A DNA stretch of 64,000 nt from an uncultured Methanosarcinaceae archaeon (GTDB taxonomy: Archaea > Halobacteriota > Methanosarcinia > Methanosarcinales > Methanosarcinaceae), in the NCBI GenBank assembly GCA_963833425.1, contig CAWHXP010000012.1, forward strand, positions 1 to 64,000, given 5' to 3'. Of this stretch, positions 22,753 through 34,250 are shown in pieces (the first letter of the stretch is position 1; the number at the start of each line of letters is the position of its first letter). Under the pieces are notes generated by a model, which was not told where the DNA came from, made no database searches, and saw nothing but the letters and a program-made list of their open reading frames with translations. A program made the position numbers and the translations under genes.

Positions 22753-23898
22753 AGAGAATTTCGATAACCTCCCTGCTCTTGAGCATGGTTGACTTTAAAT
22801 TTGTAAATATTTATGTATATTCATGAAAACTCTTATTGATTTTGCTCTTAAAGAAGAGTATAAACGTCTTGAATCTGTTGGAGATAAGCTTGCTGAAATT
22901 GCTTCCTTAATTGATTGGAAAACTTTTCGTATTATTCTTGAGTCTATGTATATTAACAAAACCGTTTCATGAGGGCGACCTGAAACTGGTGTCATTGTGA
23001 TGTTTAAAATGATTGTTTTACAACAATGGCAGGGGCTCTCTGATTTTGAACTTGAGAAACATTGTATAGATCGAATTTCTTTTAGGAAATTCCGTGGATT
23101 TCTGGAATACATACCTGACAGTACTACTGTATGGCTATTTAGGGAGAAAATTATCGAGAATTTCATAGAAAATATGGGAAAATTTGCAAAGCCAACTTGA
23201 TGCTCTGGGTTTACAGATAAAGCAGGGACCGAATCAGGATGCTACTTTTATCCATTCAGATCCAGGACACGCAAAAGGAGATAAACCTCGAGGAGATGAG
23301 GCAAAAACAAGAAGAAGCAGAGACGGAACCTGGACAAAAAAGGGAGGTAAGTCTCACTTTGGATATAAGTTTCATAATATAATAGACAGAGATTATGAGC
23401 TGATCAGAAGATTCAAAACAACAACTGCGTCAGTACATGATTCGTATGTAGATTTGAAGAGGAAAATGAAATGGTTTATAGGGACAGAGTATACTTTGGA
23501 GCAAAAACGAAAGGGTATAATGCAACAATGAAAAGAGCAGTCAAAAGACATACGCTGGGAATAAGGGATATATTAAGAAATAAGAGAATTAGCTCAAAAA
23601 GAGGCAAAGGAGATAGAGTTTATTCAGTAACGAAAGAAACTTTCAAAGCAGGAAGAGTTTTTGTTACTACTGTTAAAAGAGTAAATCTAAAAATGTTGTG
23701 TACGGCTTTTTGTTATAATCTCCATCAATTGAGAACATTGAAAATAAAAAAACTATATTGAAGATGGCGGAAGCTATCTTTAAAATCAAAGAATTGAGAA
23801 TAAGTAAAGCCAAAAAGAGGAATTAAAGAGAGAAATTGAGGGGAAGATATGAGAAATTCCTACTAAGAAATAAAATCCGAAGTTTATCGAAATCCTCT
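22753..23898 (+). mobile_element. IS5-family element, copy 1, transposase disrupted
   Basis: TIRs AGAGAATTTCGATAA / TTATCGAAATCCTCT. Motifs 'MFKMIVLQQWQGLSD', 'QDATFI', 'DGTWTKKGGKSHFGYK' and 'YRDRVY', with stops and frameshifts. Confidence 0.92.
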
Positions 23899-24532
23899 TT
23901 AATCTTATGCATCCATAAGTTTTTTCAACTTAGAGTGAGCTAAAAATGGGGATCTATTTTCAATTTAAATTCGTGGATATTATCAAATTTAAGTTGTAAG
24001 AAAAAGAATGAGTTTCATTGAAATAATCATTAATAATACATAAGAAAACTTTTAATTTATTTTAAGCATGGTATAATCTACTAAGCCTCATTATTCCATA
24101 AAACCAAAAATTGAATTTGAAAACAAAAACGAGTTCAAATAAATTCATCAATGGATAGAAAATAATTGATCAAATATAGGATGCAAAAGAGCTATTAACT
24201 TTCAGACGTTCTATTTAAAAACTTAAAACACTGCCATTAAACTCTACCAAAACAATTAATTTATTGAAAATTTATAATTTTAGGGATATTCGATTGTTTT
24301 TAAATTCATAAATTTATCTGGCCAGAACAAATACAAGCAAAAAAGATATGAAATTAAGGACTTCTCCTGAGTATTCACAATTCCGATGCGTATCAATTTT
24401 CGACCTTTTCTACCTTTTTGAACCATGCACGATAAAATAGGGGAGGATTTCAACAAACTCCTAAACTTCTTCATATGCTTACAAAAGAGATATTGAATGA
24501 ATCTTGTAAATCAGAGTTTATCGAAATCCTCA

Positions 24533-25975
24533 CTAATATGTTCTTGCTACATACACAAGAATTTTTGTTTCTTCCTTGCAGACAGGACATTTTCCTTTCC
24601 AGTCCTTTTTCTGCTCCAAAGGAATTCCAAGGATCCCTGCATTTATGTGGTCTTCCATAATAAGTCCACATTCTTTCTTACCACACCATGGGATTGTTGC
24701 AATGCCTGTTTGGATTTTATCCTTTACTTCTTCAAAATTAGTGCACTCAAATATACGGTTTAAGAGCCCTGTTTTCGCTTTATCATAAAGGTTCTTGTGG
24801 ATTGATTCAAATCTTGATATAACATCAGTTTCAATATCAGAAAGCGAGATCTGTTCTTTATTCCCTGTATCTCTCCTTACAGCCACAACAACATTATTTT
24901 CTAGATCTCTAGGTCCGATTTCAAGCCTCAAGGGAACGCCTTTCATTTCCCATTTATAATACTTTGCTCCTGGGCGAAGATCACTTGCATCTATTTCAAC
25001 TCTTAGCCCCATTTTCTTCAGGCGTTTTTGTACATCTTTGCAAGCTGCAAGCACATCCTCTGCTCTTTTCTTGAATATAATAGGAATAATTACAACCTGT
25101 ACGGGTGCAATCTCCGGAGGCAAAACCAGCCCTTTGTCATCTCCATGGATGGAAATAATAGCTGCAATAGATCTTTCTGAGATCCCATAACAGGTCTGGT
25201 GGGCATAGCACTGCTCCCCATCAGGAGCTTCGTATTTAATATCAAATGTTTTTGCAAAATTGTCACCAAGATGATGGACTGTACCTATCTGAAGAGTCTT
25301 TCCATCAGGCATAACTGCATCCAGAGCATCAGTGTAGTCCGCACCTGGAAACTTATCCCAATCAGGTCTTCTTGAACGAAGGATAGGAACTCCAACCCTA
25401 AGATAGATTTCGGTATAAAGCTCAATAGCTTCCCTAACCTGAACCTCTGCATCTTCCCACGTTGCATGCACTGTGTGAGCTTCTTTGAAGGAAGTAATCT
25501 CTCTTAATCTGATCAAGGGTCGGGTGTGTTTTGTTTCATACCGGAAAGTATTCACTACCTGATAGAGTTTGAGAGGCAAATCCGCATGGGATCTGATCCA
25601 TATTTTGTACATTGGGTAAATTGCAGTCTCACTGGTTGGACGAAGAACCAGAGGTATTTCAAGAGGGGCTTTTCCACCGTGAGTTACCCAGTATACCTCA
25701 TCCTCAAAGCCTTTAATATGCTCAGCTTCTTTCATGAATTCGTTTTCGGGAATAAGCAACGGGAAGAGAGTTTCTTGGTGTCCGCTATTGTCGAGGATTT
25801 CCCTTATTATATTATAGGTATTCCTCCGAATGGCAAAGCCAAAAGGATACCAGACATAGAGCCCTTTTACAGGATAGCGTACATCCATTATTTCGGCCAT
25901 CCAAAGGAGTTCGTTATACCAATCGCTGAATTTTTCTTTTGGAGGAAGTGTTGCTTCTTTTTCGCTTTCTGCCAT
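24533..25975 (-). CDS. proS: Prolyl-tRNA synthetase, archaeal type
   Basis: 'RPTSETAIY', '[17 protein letters not shown]', 'QTCYGISER', C-terminal Zn site and 'ARTY' end. Confidence 0.98.
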   Translation of the reverse strand: MAESEKEATLPPKEKFSDWYNELLWMAEIMDVRYPVKGLYVWYPFGFAIRRNTYNIIREILDNSGHQETLFPLLIPENEFMKEAEHIKGFEDEVYWVTHGGKAPLEIPLVLRPTSETAIYPMYKIWIRSHADLPLKLYQVVNTFRYETKHTRPLIRLREITSFKEAHTVHATWEDAEVQVREAIELYTEIYLRVGVPILRSRRPDWDKFPGADYTDALDAVMPDGKTLQIGTVHHLGDNFAKTFDIKYEAPDGEQCYAHQTCYGISERSIAAIISIHGDDKGLVLPPEIAPVQVVIIPIIFKKRAEDVLAACKDVQKRLKKMGLRVEIDASDLRPGAKYYKWEMKGVPLRLEIGPRDLENNVVVAVRRDTGNKEQISLSDIETDVISRFESIHKNLYDKAKTGLLNRIFECTNFEEVKDKIQTGIATIPWCGKKECGLIMEDHINAGILGIPLEQKKDWKGKCPVCKEETKILVYVARTY

Positions 25976-26327
25976 ACCTTCACCATATTATCACAATATA
26001 AATTAATTATTTAGTCCATCAAATTCAGGCATTTGCGAGTCACAGAACATTCCTAATATCAAATGCTATGTATTGGATAGGAAATACAAGCTTTTGTGCT
26101 GACTGAAAAGCTCTACTCCATGCAAGTAAAGTGCCATCCGAAACTGTAATTTCTCTAGAATTTTACAAAAGGATATTTTAGCTGTTATATTTTGAGACCT
26201 GATATCTAAAAGAAAACTGTTGAATAGCCGCAACGTTCTTTCTTTTATTTTAATAAAAGTTGATAACTATACGCGAACTAGATATACTGAATTTTAGCCT
26301 ATCTGCCTAAAAATAGGAAATAAAGAA

Positions 26328-26972
26328 TTAATTTTCTTCTAGAGGCTGAACATTTGTCAAACCTTTATGTGTAAATTCTGATTTTTCAATATCAAAAACT
26401 ATCATACCGTTATTTAGCTCTTCAGCTGCCTCTTTAGAGAGCTTGGTAGTAGTGGCCTTTTTTGAAATTATTGCGCTATTTCCGAAAGGATCTTCGATGA
26501 TAACTAGAATTTTTTTCTTGCCTGCGATAACTTCTTCGAGCATACACAAGAGTTCCTGGCTTCGGGAAAATTTATCTTCGTCTTCCTGTACCCATCTACT
26601 TGCAGTCATCAGTACACTCCTTACGCGATGAAGTACGCCTTCTATATTCGTTATGTAAGACTCGGAAGCCATCCCAGGCTCGATAATGACCCCCATTTCC
26701 GGGATGCGAATTGTTCCTGATGTTGAACGGATAACTCTTGCGTCCAGGTCTTCTTGAGTTTCAACTGATATTTCATAACGTATAGGTTCCTTGCTAGAGA
26801 GGCTTAGAGTATCTGAAAAACGGAAACTACATTGGCATCTTGCACTAATGTACATGATTTCCCCGAAATAGGGGATATTGTCCTTCTGCCAGCTTATCAC
26901 AAGATCGTTGTGACATAGCGGACATGAGACCCTAGTCTCAAAACTTTCATGCTTATAAAAATTATGATTCAA
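26328..26972 (-). CDS. ZPR1 zinc-finger protein
   Basis: 'CPLC...IPYFGE...CQCSFR', 'RVIRS.SGTIRIPE', 'ITNIEG' and 'IEDPFGNSAI'. Confidence 0.92.
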   Translation of the reverse strand: MNHNFYKHESFETRVSCPLCHNDLVISWQKDNIPYFGEIMYISARCQCSFRFSDTLSLSSKEPIRYEISVETQEDLDARVIRSTSGTIRIPEMGVIIEPGMASESYITNIEGVLHRVRSVLMTASRWVQEDEDKFSRSQELLCMLEEVIAGKKKILVIIEDPFGNSAIISKKATTTKLSKEAAEELNNGMIVFDIEKSEFTHKGLTNVQPLEEN

Positions 26973-27349
26973 TATTTCCCACCGATTATTTTGGATCTAT
27001 CGATTTTAATACCCGAGGGGGTTACAATCACAGTGTTTCCTTTAAAACCTGCAATATCTCCGCGGACATCGACGATTACATCTTTCAACTCTTTCAGAAC
27101 CCTGTCTCTCATGAGGTCATCGCCCCTGATGTTTGAGATATCTATCATCAGGATATTTCCATTGTAAATTTCCTGCTTGAGCAAGGATATCTGGTTGATA
27201 TTTGAGACTTCCGCGATCTTAACATAAGTCTCTGCAGGCTCTTCCTCTAGAGCCTCCTCATATTTACTAAGATCAATTTCGGTGTAGTCGTCGGCATTAG
27301 TTGTATTTCTTACATTGCTGCCAAGGATTTTGTCTATGAATTTTGCCAT
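26969..27349 (-). CDS. sepF: Archaeal cell-division protein SepF
   Basis: 'DDYTEIDL', 'EIYNGNILMIDI', 'GDIAG...VIVTP.GIKIDR'; overlaps the ZPR1 start, the usual archaeal neighbourhood. Confidence 0.85.
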   Translation of the reverse strand: MAKFIDKILGSNVRNTTNADDYTEIDLSKYEEALEEEPAETYVKIAEVSNINQISLLKQEIYNGNILMIDISNIRGDDLMRDRVLKELKDVIVDVRGDIAGFKGNTVIVTPSGIKIDRSKIIGGKY

Positions 27350-27524
27350 TTATGCACACCTTTTGTATTTTTTTAGATTTAAATGATAATTGTCTTATAT
27401 TGAAACCTATATTAATTAATTTTTGCTATTAAAGCTAACCTTGATTTTAGTCTCTGTTTCAAGGAATTATCCGCCTATTCGTGCAGATTTTAGTAGTAGG
27501 AATCTACATGCTTCAAGAGTATTT

Positions 27525-28010
27525 TCAAAGTTCCATGCACCATAGTTTATCTCCTACATGGGTTATTGACTTTATAGCTTTACCTGAATTGATCTCAACC
27601 ATCTGTGGACCTGTCATGAGAGCTTTTCCTATCGCAAGAGGTTTACTATGAATTTCTTCTACAATAATTACTAGATCTCCTTCTTCTATTTCGGGATCAG
27701 CCTCCGTGACTCCAGGAGCCATGATATCTGCCCCATCTGAAATAAAGCTAATAGCTCCTTTATCCACGATTACAATACGTTTTTTGAATTCAATCTCAAG
27801 AGCTCCACGGACGGTAGGAAAAAGCTGTCCTTCTATTTCGAAAAATAGGGGCTTGCCACCCACAAGAATAAGGGAATAATCCTCAATGATGATTTTTTCT
27901 AGGACTTTATTTCCCAGCCCCGTCATCGTTTCACCGAAGATAGACACAAGGTATTTTAACATCTTGTTCTTCGTATTTTTCCTCAGCTGAACTCTTGACT
28001 TCACTTTCAA
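27525..28010 (-). CDS. PUA-domain RNA-binding protein
   Basis: 'FPTVRGAL', 'VDKGAISFISDGADIMAPGV', 'KPLAIGKAL' and 'HVGDKLW'. Confidence 0.9.
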   Translation of the reverse strand: MKVKSRVQLRKNTKNKMLKYLVSIFGETMTGLGNKVLEKIIIEDYSLILVGGKPLFFEIEGQLFPTVRGALEIEFKKRIVIVDKGAISFISDGADIMAPGVTEADPEIEEGDLVIIVEEIHSKPLAIGKALMTGPQMVEINSGKAIKSITHVGDKLWCMEL

Positions 28011-29002
28011 TCAATCACCTGATTTCAAAAATCTCATGCACTATTTATAGCATAGGGTTTTTGTGCCTTTTAAAGCTTATGTGGATTCCAAGGATTCTGA
28101 AACAAGATTTCTCATAGTTTATTCGGATTTTTCCTTTAACTTTGCAAAGAGCATTATAAGAGGCATCAGAGCACCTTCGAAAATACAGGTTCATAGCAGA
28201 AGGGCTCTAGAATAAACTAACAAAAACCAGACTTTTCCTGAGAACTGAATAAATTCCTGTATTCAAAATTTCATTGCAGGACGCTGGAACTCATCTTATA
28301 CCATGTAGTAATCAACCCTAAATGATATTAATCCGCCCACTCCGATCAGGGAGAAAGTCACTAAAAGAATCGTCAAGGTGAGCAGGATACCTGCTATACT
28401 AAGGGAGAATTATCCCTCACCTCAAGACGTCCCTGAAACTTATGTTTAGCAGGCCTGCAACTAGAGAGATCAGCATTAATACCAAATATATGAGCTTAAA
28501 TTACAAGCCAGAATGCGATTTTACCAAGAAGCCAGTAATATAATACGGATAGTTTGCAATCAACTTCCCTGGAAGCCCATATGAAAATCCAATCTTTTTT
28601 ATCATTTCTCAAGCCTGCTTTTTAGTAGAATCCCACTTATCTTTTGAGGTAGCTCCAGAGTCCGAAAAGCGAGAAGTATTCAATTGATCTCCTACAAAAT
28701 AGCTACTATTTTGAAGAGCAATTTTTTCTTATTTTACCAAAGGGAATATTTATTCTTCTTAGAAATGAGTTAGATGCAGAGAAAGCATGCTAGAAGTGTG
28801 AAGATGCTTATTAGATCTTGATTCCAAGTCTAACAGGAGATCAGACAGATAAAATCCTGCAGCTAACCCAGAGTTTAACAAATAATTAAACTCACTAATA
28901 CTATTCTGTAAGCATCGGAAAGACAGCAGAGAAAAAGCCATGCAACCCACAAATTTTGGGAGCCTAGCGGTTTTAAAAATGCAGAATTTGTCAGAAAATA
29001 AA

Positions 29003-29910
29003 GTGGACTTCAACTCATCCGAAGACTAAGTTGCTTCTCTGTTCAATCCTTTATCTTTTGAGAACAAGTTTCCAAGTCCATCCCCCACATTCCACTGGTA
29101 CCAGAATCCAATTAGTTTTTAATTAATGATAGAAAATCTTTTGATGTCAATTTCAGCATTAAATGTTTCTAATATTTTGTATTGCAATCGGAACATTTCC
29201 ATTCGTTATCTTTTAGTGTTAGCACAGAGTTATGGCACCCACAAACATGACATGCCTTAGTGATAGTTTAAATTTTACTTAGCATAAGAATTATTTATCC
29301 AGACCATCACATTTTATTCTAACTTTGTTACAAAACTACTCCATGTCGGATCACCTTTAGCCTGTGCTAATGGTGATTCTTAATCGTGCCTTCAACATTC
29401 AGAGTTTCAACAGATATTACTTGGCTCTCGCTAACAAGTTTAAAAAAAAAGTTTGTGTTGAAAATCATTTCTCGTATTCGTTATTTTCTCACGAAATACA
29501 GCAAATTTTTGTTAATGTAACATATTATCTTTGCTTGTAAGTATGGAAAAAAAGATACTAGAATAGCTTAACGAAGAACTCAAAAAATGATTCATAAAAC
29601 TGAAAAGGAGCCCAATTTTGAAATACTAGAAATGGAAACGGACAAAGGCCAAATCCATCTACCTAAGAACAGCCAAAAATCAGCACTCTTGAGATCATTC
29701 GAAAACGGAAACAATAAACAATAATTATGCTAGAGATAAATCAAAAAGGTATTTGAAAAAATACTATTGAAAAGAACATATACCATGGAGTGAAGGATAT
29801 TTAGCATCTTTTATTGGCATTCTTGGCAAAGAAGCAGCCGGAAACTAGATACAGAACCAGGGTTGAAATTGACGCCTAGATCCACTAGGCTGAAAAATCC
29901 TGTGATTTTA
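29003..29910. mobile_element. IS200/IS605 relic with divergent, internally deleted tnpB (-) and tnpA (+)
   Basis: Minus strand: 'RNDFQHK', 'ISVETLNV', 'KACHVCG...WKCSDC', 'NAEI.IKRF' and an end hairpin at ~29011-29036. Plus strand: 'HIIFACKY', 'FEILEMETDK..IH', 'WSEGY' and 'IQNQG*'. Confidence 0.85.
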
Positions 29911-30609
29911 CGATTTGTTCTATATAAATGAGTTCTTTGTCATAATCCAACACTGCTACAGTAGAAAATCGAGCCACATCCTCATATATTGTATTCAAAC
30001 ATTTTAGACATTCATCAATTTTTTGATAGGCTTAGCTGCAATTGTAAATTTCAGTTTTTTCCTCCATTTTTAGATTGCTTCGCAATTAAAGAATCGATCC
30101 ATTTTGAGGTTTCTATTTTTTTACTTTATTTCTTTCAATCCTTTCAAATAAATCTTTTATTAGGAGCTGACATTCTTTGCTCAACCCATTTATATTAGTA
30201 AAATAAAATTTCGCTTAGAGTTTACATATATATTTCAGAACGACTCTCCTACGAAGATACATTCTGCGATTAAAAACCACTCATACATAGAGTGTCTATG
30301 TTTCCATAAATGAAATGTCAAGAAATCAAAAACCATGTTTTAATTTTTTTGAGATACATAATCTTAAAAATTCCACCTTTCTATATTCCAAAATGAAGAA
30401 AAACGTGTTTCAAATTAAAGCGAGTAGTCAGGAAAAGTTATTAATCAAAGATGGTAATGATTCCAGATACAGACAGCAAACTGGATGCATATGCCTATAC
30501 CAGAAGTTGAGTCATTTATCTAGCCCCATAATCAACAAACCATTACTTCCAATAGCATTTTTGAATTTATTATAATTTGTAAAAATTGTGGAGGAATGAG
30601 GTATTGATT

Positions 30610-30730
30610 CAAAAAAGAATAGAAATAACAATAATTAATTAGAAGAATGTGAGCGGGTTGGGGAGTGGGGGGTCATATGGGGAGTGGGGGGTATGGTATG
30701 TGAAAAAAGTTTTCCCGCTCACATCTTACA
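30610..30730 (-). ncRNA. Candidate small RNA: stem-loop with a duplicated C-rich loop
   Basis: 11-bp perfect stem (30647-30657 / 30714-30724) enclosing two copies of ACCCCCCACTCCCCA. TTTATATA box ~25 nt upstream on the minus strand (30752-30759), T-rich tract downstream. Confidence 0.55.
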
Positions 30731-31001
30731 ATTACTCTTATTAAAATTAATTATATAAATAGCTATGCATTCTGTTCCATGGGAATATAATAATCACATA
30801 ATATAATAATATTATGTGCAACCCACACATCGAATATTTAAATTTTCAGGTTTTGTTAATCCAATGTATGCCAGATAAAAAGCCTGCAAATTACTAAAGA
30901 AGCCTTAAGTATTCGCTTAAAACATTTTAAGCTATTCAAAGCAGGTTTTCAAAATTACTGCGACAAGAAAGTATTTACTTGAGTAACTGGTTCTTGGTAC
31001 T

Positions 31002-32127
31002 ATGAACCCTGATAGGCTTTTGATTTATGGAGCAGCTTTTGCAATTATGGGACTTTCGAATGCTGTCATCCCCATCCTTCCGGAGCTTGCGAGCCTGGAT
31101 TATAGCGCTTCCGGAAAAATTGCTTCAAGCTTACTCTTTTCTGCCTACTTTTTTGGAGCTCTGGTTACAATGATCCCTTTCGGGATTCTAGCTGATAGGT
31201 TCGGAAATTTGAGGTTTATAGGGTTTGGAGTTATTCTGACAGCAATTTCAGGACTAACCATCCTACTCTCAGAAAACCTCTGGATTCTTTTAATCTCAAG
31301 GTTTATAGAGGGTTCTGCCTGCGGAGCTTTTTTCCCGGCTGCATTTGCCACCCTCTCTAAATCTAAAGATCCAGAACGATATATTGGAGAATTCACATTT
31401 CTTTTCAACGCAGGACTGGCAGCAGGTGCTTTTTTTTCAGGTTTATTGGCTGATACATACCTAAAAGGAGCAATCCTTGTTTTTACATTTATCACTTTTT
31501 CTTTGATCTTATACCTTTTTCCAAGACACAGAGAATTGATTCATCCTCAGAACACAGAGAAGTCAGATTCATTACCCTATCCCCCCAGAAACCTTTTTAG
31601 AGATTCGTATAATGGAATTATAAAACTACTTAGCTGCAACAATTCAAGGATTTTGGCTCAGTTCTTTTCTCCTCAACGGCTCCATCGGAGTCCTTATAGC
31701 TTACTATCCGGATTATAGCCTGGGCACTATGACAAAAACCCAACTCGGGAGTTCTATTGCCAGCCTCTACGTCTGCGCCATGATTACATCTCTACTTGTT
31801 GGACGGTTTAGAGTCAAGGAAAAAAACATGATCCGGATCGGATTGACATTTTCTACCCTTGGAGCCTTTTTGGTCATTAAGTATCCTTTTCTCGGATTTT
31901 CAAGCCTGGGTGGTGGATCCGGAATTGCGATGGTAGGTTTTGCTCTGGCTGTTGCCAGAATGAATTCGGAAAAGGGCCTAATAATGGGGCTTTTTAATAC
32001 AACCATCTATGCCGGGCTTTCTTTTGCCCCGATTATTGCAGGGCTTTTTACAGGCTTTCTGAGTTTCGAAAAAATATTCCTAGCAAATGGATGTATTCTG
32101 GCAGTAGCTCTTGTATTGAAGGATTGA
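31002..32127 (+). CDS. MFS transporter, frameshift at ~31655
   Basis: Motif A 'GILADRFG', 'SRFIEG', and many TM segments over two ORFs. Confidence 0.88.
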
Positions 32128-32658
32128 AAAATTTCTTGCCGGCAAAAACTTTAGTTAAGTTCGGCAAGAAAGTGCATAAGGTTATGCATCTACATATTTT
32201 CCCACTTTTTTGTCCAAAATTACAATTACTTAACCAATTATTATTATATCTTCATCGACCAAAAGACCTAAGTCTTAACAATATTACTCTGTTTGATTTT
32301 ACCCCATCTGTACCTGTTCCATTTTTGTACAGTTCATCATTTGTAATAAGATACCATATTATTGTGGCAATTTTCCTTTTTCAGTTCAATAATTACTTTT
32401 GCATTTCTAATTGATTTATTTCTTCCTGTTAAAAAAAAATCATCTTACCTTGCTATTCTTCATTCCTGTTTCTGCCTTAATCAATCAATTAAAGAAATCA
32501 ATTTCAGCAAGTTCGTCACCACTGGTTAAATATATTTATAGAATTCTATGGGAACAAAATCAGTATAAGTTTATATGAATAAAAATAATTGATAAGAAAT
32601 TTAAACTCCCCAATACCCCAATGATGGAAATTTATCTAAATTATCTAATATAAATTAA

Positions 32659-33791
32659 AGAGATTTTAGATAACCTCCATGCTCTTGAGCATGGTTGGCT
32701 TTAAATTTGTCAATATTTATCTATATTCATGAAAACTCTTACTGATTTTGCTCTTAAAGAAGAGTATAAACGTCTTGAATCTGTTGGAGATAAGCTTGCT
32801 GAAATTTATTCCTGAATTGATTGGAAAACATTTCGTATTATTCTTGAGTCTATGTATATTAACAAAACCATTTCAGGAGGCAGATCTTAAACTGATGTCA
32901 TTGTGATGTTCAAAATACTTGTTTTACAACAATGGCGTGGGCTCTCTGATTTTGAACTTGACAAACAGTGTATAAATCGAATTTCTTTTAGGAAATTCCT
33001 TGGATTTCCGGAATACATACCTTACAGTACTACTGTATGGCTATTTAGGGAGAGAATTATCGAGCATTTCAAAGAAAATATGGGGAAAGTTGCAAAGCCA
33101 ACTTGGTGCTCTGGGTTTACAGATAAAGCAGGGAATGATTCAGGATGCTACTTTTATCCATTCAGATCCAGGACATGCAAAAGGAGAAAGATGAGGCAAA
33201 AACAAGAAGAAGCAGAGACGGAACATGGACAAAGAAGGGAGGTAAGTCTCACTTTGGATATAAGCTTCATAATATAATAGACAGAGATTATGAGCTGATC
33301 AGAAGATTCAAAACAACAACTGCGTCAGTACATGATTCGTATGTAGATTTGACAGAGGAAAATGAAGTGGTTTATAGGATAGAGGATACTTTGGAGCAAA
33401 AACGAAGGGGTATAATGCAACAATGAAAAGAGCGGTCAAAGGACATACGCTGGGAATAAAGGATATATTAAGAAATAAGAGAATTAGCTCAAAAAGAGTT
33501 CCAGTAGAAGGAGTTTATTCAGTAACGAAAGAAATTTTCAAAGCAGGAAGAGTTTTTGTTACTACTGTTAAAATAGTAAATCTAAAAATGTTGTGTACGG
33601 CTTTTTGTTATAATCTCCATCAATTGAGGACATTGAAAATAAAAAAAGTATATTGAAGATAGCTGAAGCTATCTTTAAAATCAAAGAATTGAGAATAAGT
33701 AAAGCCAAAAAGAGGAATTAATAGAGAAATTGAGTGGAAGATATGAGAAATTACTGCTAAGAAATAAATCCGAAGTTTATCGAAATCCTCT
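32659..33791 (+). mobile_element. IS5-family element, copy 2, transposase disrupted
   Basis: Nearly colinear with 22753-23898 and has the same TIRs; carries some different lesions. Confidence 0.92.
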
Positions 33792-34250
33792 AAAGTTATA
33801 TCTGATAGAATTATATATGTTATTGATACCACCAAGTGAATTTATGCTTTTCAATTAAAGCCAAAATACTTCTTTTCTAATTATGGGCAAACTCCAACCT
33901 TAAAAAAATCTCAATGAAAACATTAAATGTCTCGGTGACTCTTTTTTTTTGTCTGAAATTTTTCACCCATATGAGCATTTCATTCATTCGTAGTACCTTT
34001 TAATTTTTCAGGACTTGTTAGCCGTAGCCATTTTTTTAGATCATCTATATACATTACCTATATGACCCAGTATTGTATGTGCTATTTTTGGAAAACTGTT
34101 CAGAACTTATGAAGTTGAAGAATAATTGGTTAATATAATACCAGTAATATATAAATAAAAAAATAAAATATTGAGGAGTATTCTAGATCATAGAAATCAC
34201 CCTCTTTACGCTGAATTCTACTGCTGATATAGTGAGTTACATGTCCATTT

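Noticed and set aside
28020..28620. Possible membrane-protein pseudogene upstream of the PUA gene
   Set aside because: Hydrophobic fragments are visible but no family could be assigned by eye.
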